Virus record (IMG/VR): IMGVR_UViG_3300013137_000002
Span: 1-55,088 of that record
From: a virus
Taxonomy: Duplodnaviria > Caudoviricetes
Length of the DNA: 55,088 nt
Direction: 5' to 3' (one strand)
Both the position numbers and the translations under genes were made by a program. The notes below the pieces were generated by a model. That model was not told the origin of the DNA. It searched no databases and saw only the letters and a program-made list of their open reading frames with translations. Positions 54,427 to 55,088 of the stretch are shown here, one piece after another. Each line of letters starts with the position of its first letter. The stretch's first letter is position 1.

Positions 54427-54928
54427 TAAGTATCATTGGATTAATTATGATGAAGATAAGTTAGTTGCTACATTTACAAAATGGCAAGCTGCACAAAGAG
54501 GAACAGAACTTCATGCTCTTGCTTCCCAATGTATTAATCTTGGAGTAAAACTTCCTAAAACAAGGAATGCTTTGAATCTCTATGTTAACGATGCAATTGG
54601 TTTTAAAATGCAGACAGAACAAATCCTTTATTTTTCGGATAATTGTTTTGGTACTGCTGATACTATTTCATTTCGTAAAAATTTTCTTAGAATTCATGAT
54701 TTAAAAACAGGCGAAACTCCAGCTTCAATAAAACAATTATTGGTTTATAATGCTCTGTTCTGTTTAGAGTATAATATAAAACCTGTTGAAATTGAAACGG
54801 AACTTCGTTTGTATCAATCCGATGAAGTTTTGGTACATATTCCTGAACCTGAAGAAGTTTACAACATTATGGATAAAATTGTAGCATTCGATAAAAGGAT
54901 TGATCAATTAAAAATAATAGGAGGGTAA
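54371..54928 (+). CDS. PD-(D/E)XK (Cas4-like) exonuclease
   Basis: GTELH...FGTADTI...IHDLKTG...QLLVY. Confidence 0.75.
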   Translation: MNFNNHSRLEGLHAFLSASKYHWINYDEDKLVATFTKWQAAQRGTELHALASQCINLGVKLPKTRNALNLYVNDAIGFKMQTEQILYFSDNCFGTADTISFRKNFLRIHDLKTGETPASIKQLLVYNALFCLEYNIKPVEIETELRLYQSDEVLVHIPEPEEVYNIMDKIVAFDKRIDQLKIIGG

Positions 54929-54932
54929 CTTT

Positions 54933-55088
54933 ATGAGTGATGATTTAAAACATATTGGAATGCCAAGGCGCTCAGGAAGATACCCCTGGGGGTCAGGCGA
55001 AGATCCTTATCAAAGGGCCGTTAGCTTTCGCTCCCATATTCAAGAACTTCGTGATAAAGGCTTAAGTGATGTAGAAATTGCTCGTGGC
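54933..55088 (+). CDS. N-terminus of the putative RNA polymerase (continues through 1-2619)
   Basis: GGAGG RBS, then MSDDLKHIGMPRRSGRYPWGSGEDPYQRAVSFRSHIQELRDKGLSDVEIARG. Confidence 0.85.
   Translation, partial: MSDDLKHIGMPRRSGRYPWGSGEDPYQRAVSFRSHIQELRDKGLSDVEIARG
54966..55088. repeat. Terminal direct repeat (circular assembly overlap), copy 2
   Basis: Identical to 1-123. Confidence 0.97.

Noticed and set aside
54371-54928. Cas4-like nuclease as evidence of CRISPR-Cas
   Set aside because: Solo PD-(D/E)XK nucleases are common in phage replication modules, and there is no array or other cas gene.

Overview
The window is a complete, circularly assembled tailed dsDNA phage genome. Bases 1-123 repeat at 54966-55088, so the unique length is 54,965 bp. 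All credible genes are on the + strand, and I recognise no integrase or repressor. Strong AAGGAGG ribosome-binding sites, an amidase with an SLH-like tail, XkdX and an SleB-like gene point to a Bacillota (probably clostridial) host. Layout: packaging/head (3.1-12.5 kb), siphovirus tail with an embedded endolysin (12.5-26.9 kb), a complete diversity-generating retroelement (DGR: avd-TR-RT, 27.0-28.9 kb), holins, an early region of promoter-ORF-terminator mini-cassettes (29.6-46.7 kb), then a likely iteron origin and replication genes (48.0-54.9 kb). An 883-aa gene spans the assembly junction. Highlights: (1) That 883-aa gene has the motifs of a YonO/QDE-1-like single-chain two-barrel RNA polymerase (DFDGD). 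The genome also has 16 exact and 3 variant copies of TCGC-N7-AC-N6-TNTA(A/G)T-(GAA), whose spacing does not fit host sigma-A and whose geometry suggests transcription starts right after TAAT. Together these are a candidate phage-specific, possibly virion-delivered, transcription system. (2) Three of these promoters drive structured non-coding RNAs, including a tRNA missing 3 nt of its anticodon arm and a non-tRNA cloverleaf. (3) One DGR template apparently diversifies two targets, a tail-module gene and a remote stand-alone early gene about 10 kb away; both carry a hairpin with the same CTTGT loop. (4) Also present: a stand-alone GGDEF diguanylate cyclase, a truncated NAD-dependent ligase and several in-frame internal starts. 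All family assignments come from motif recognition by eye; no database searches were run.
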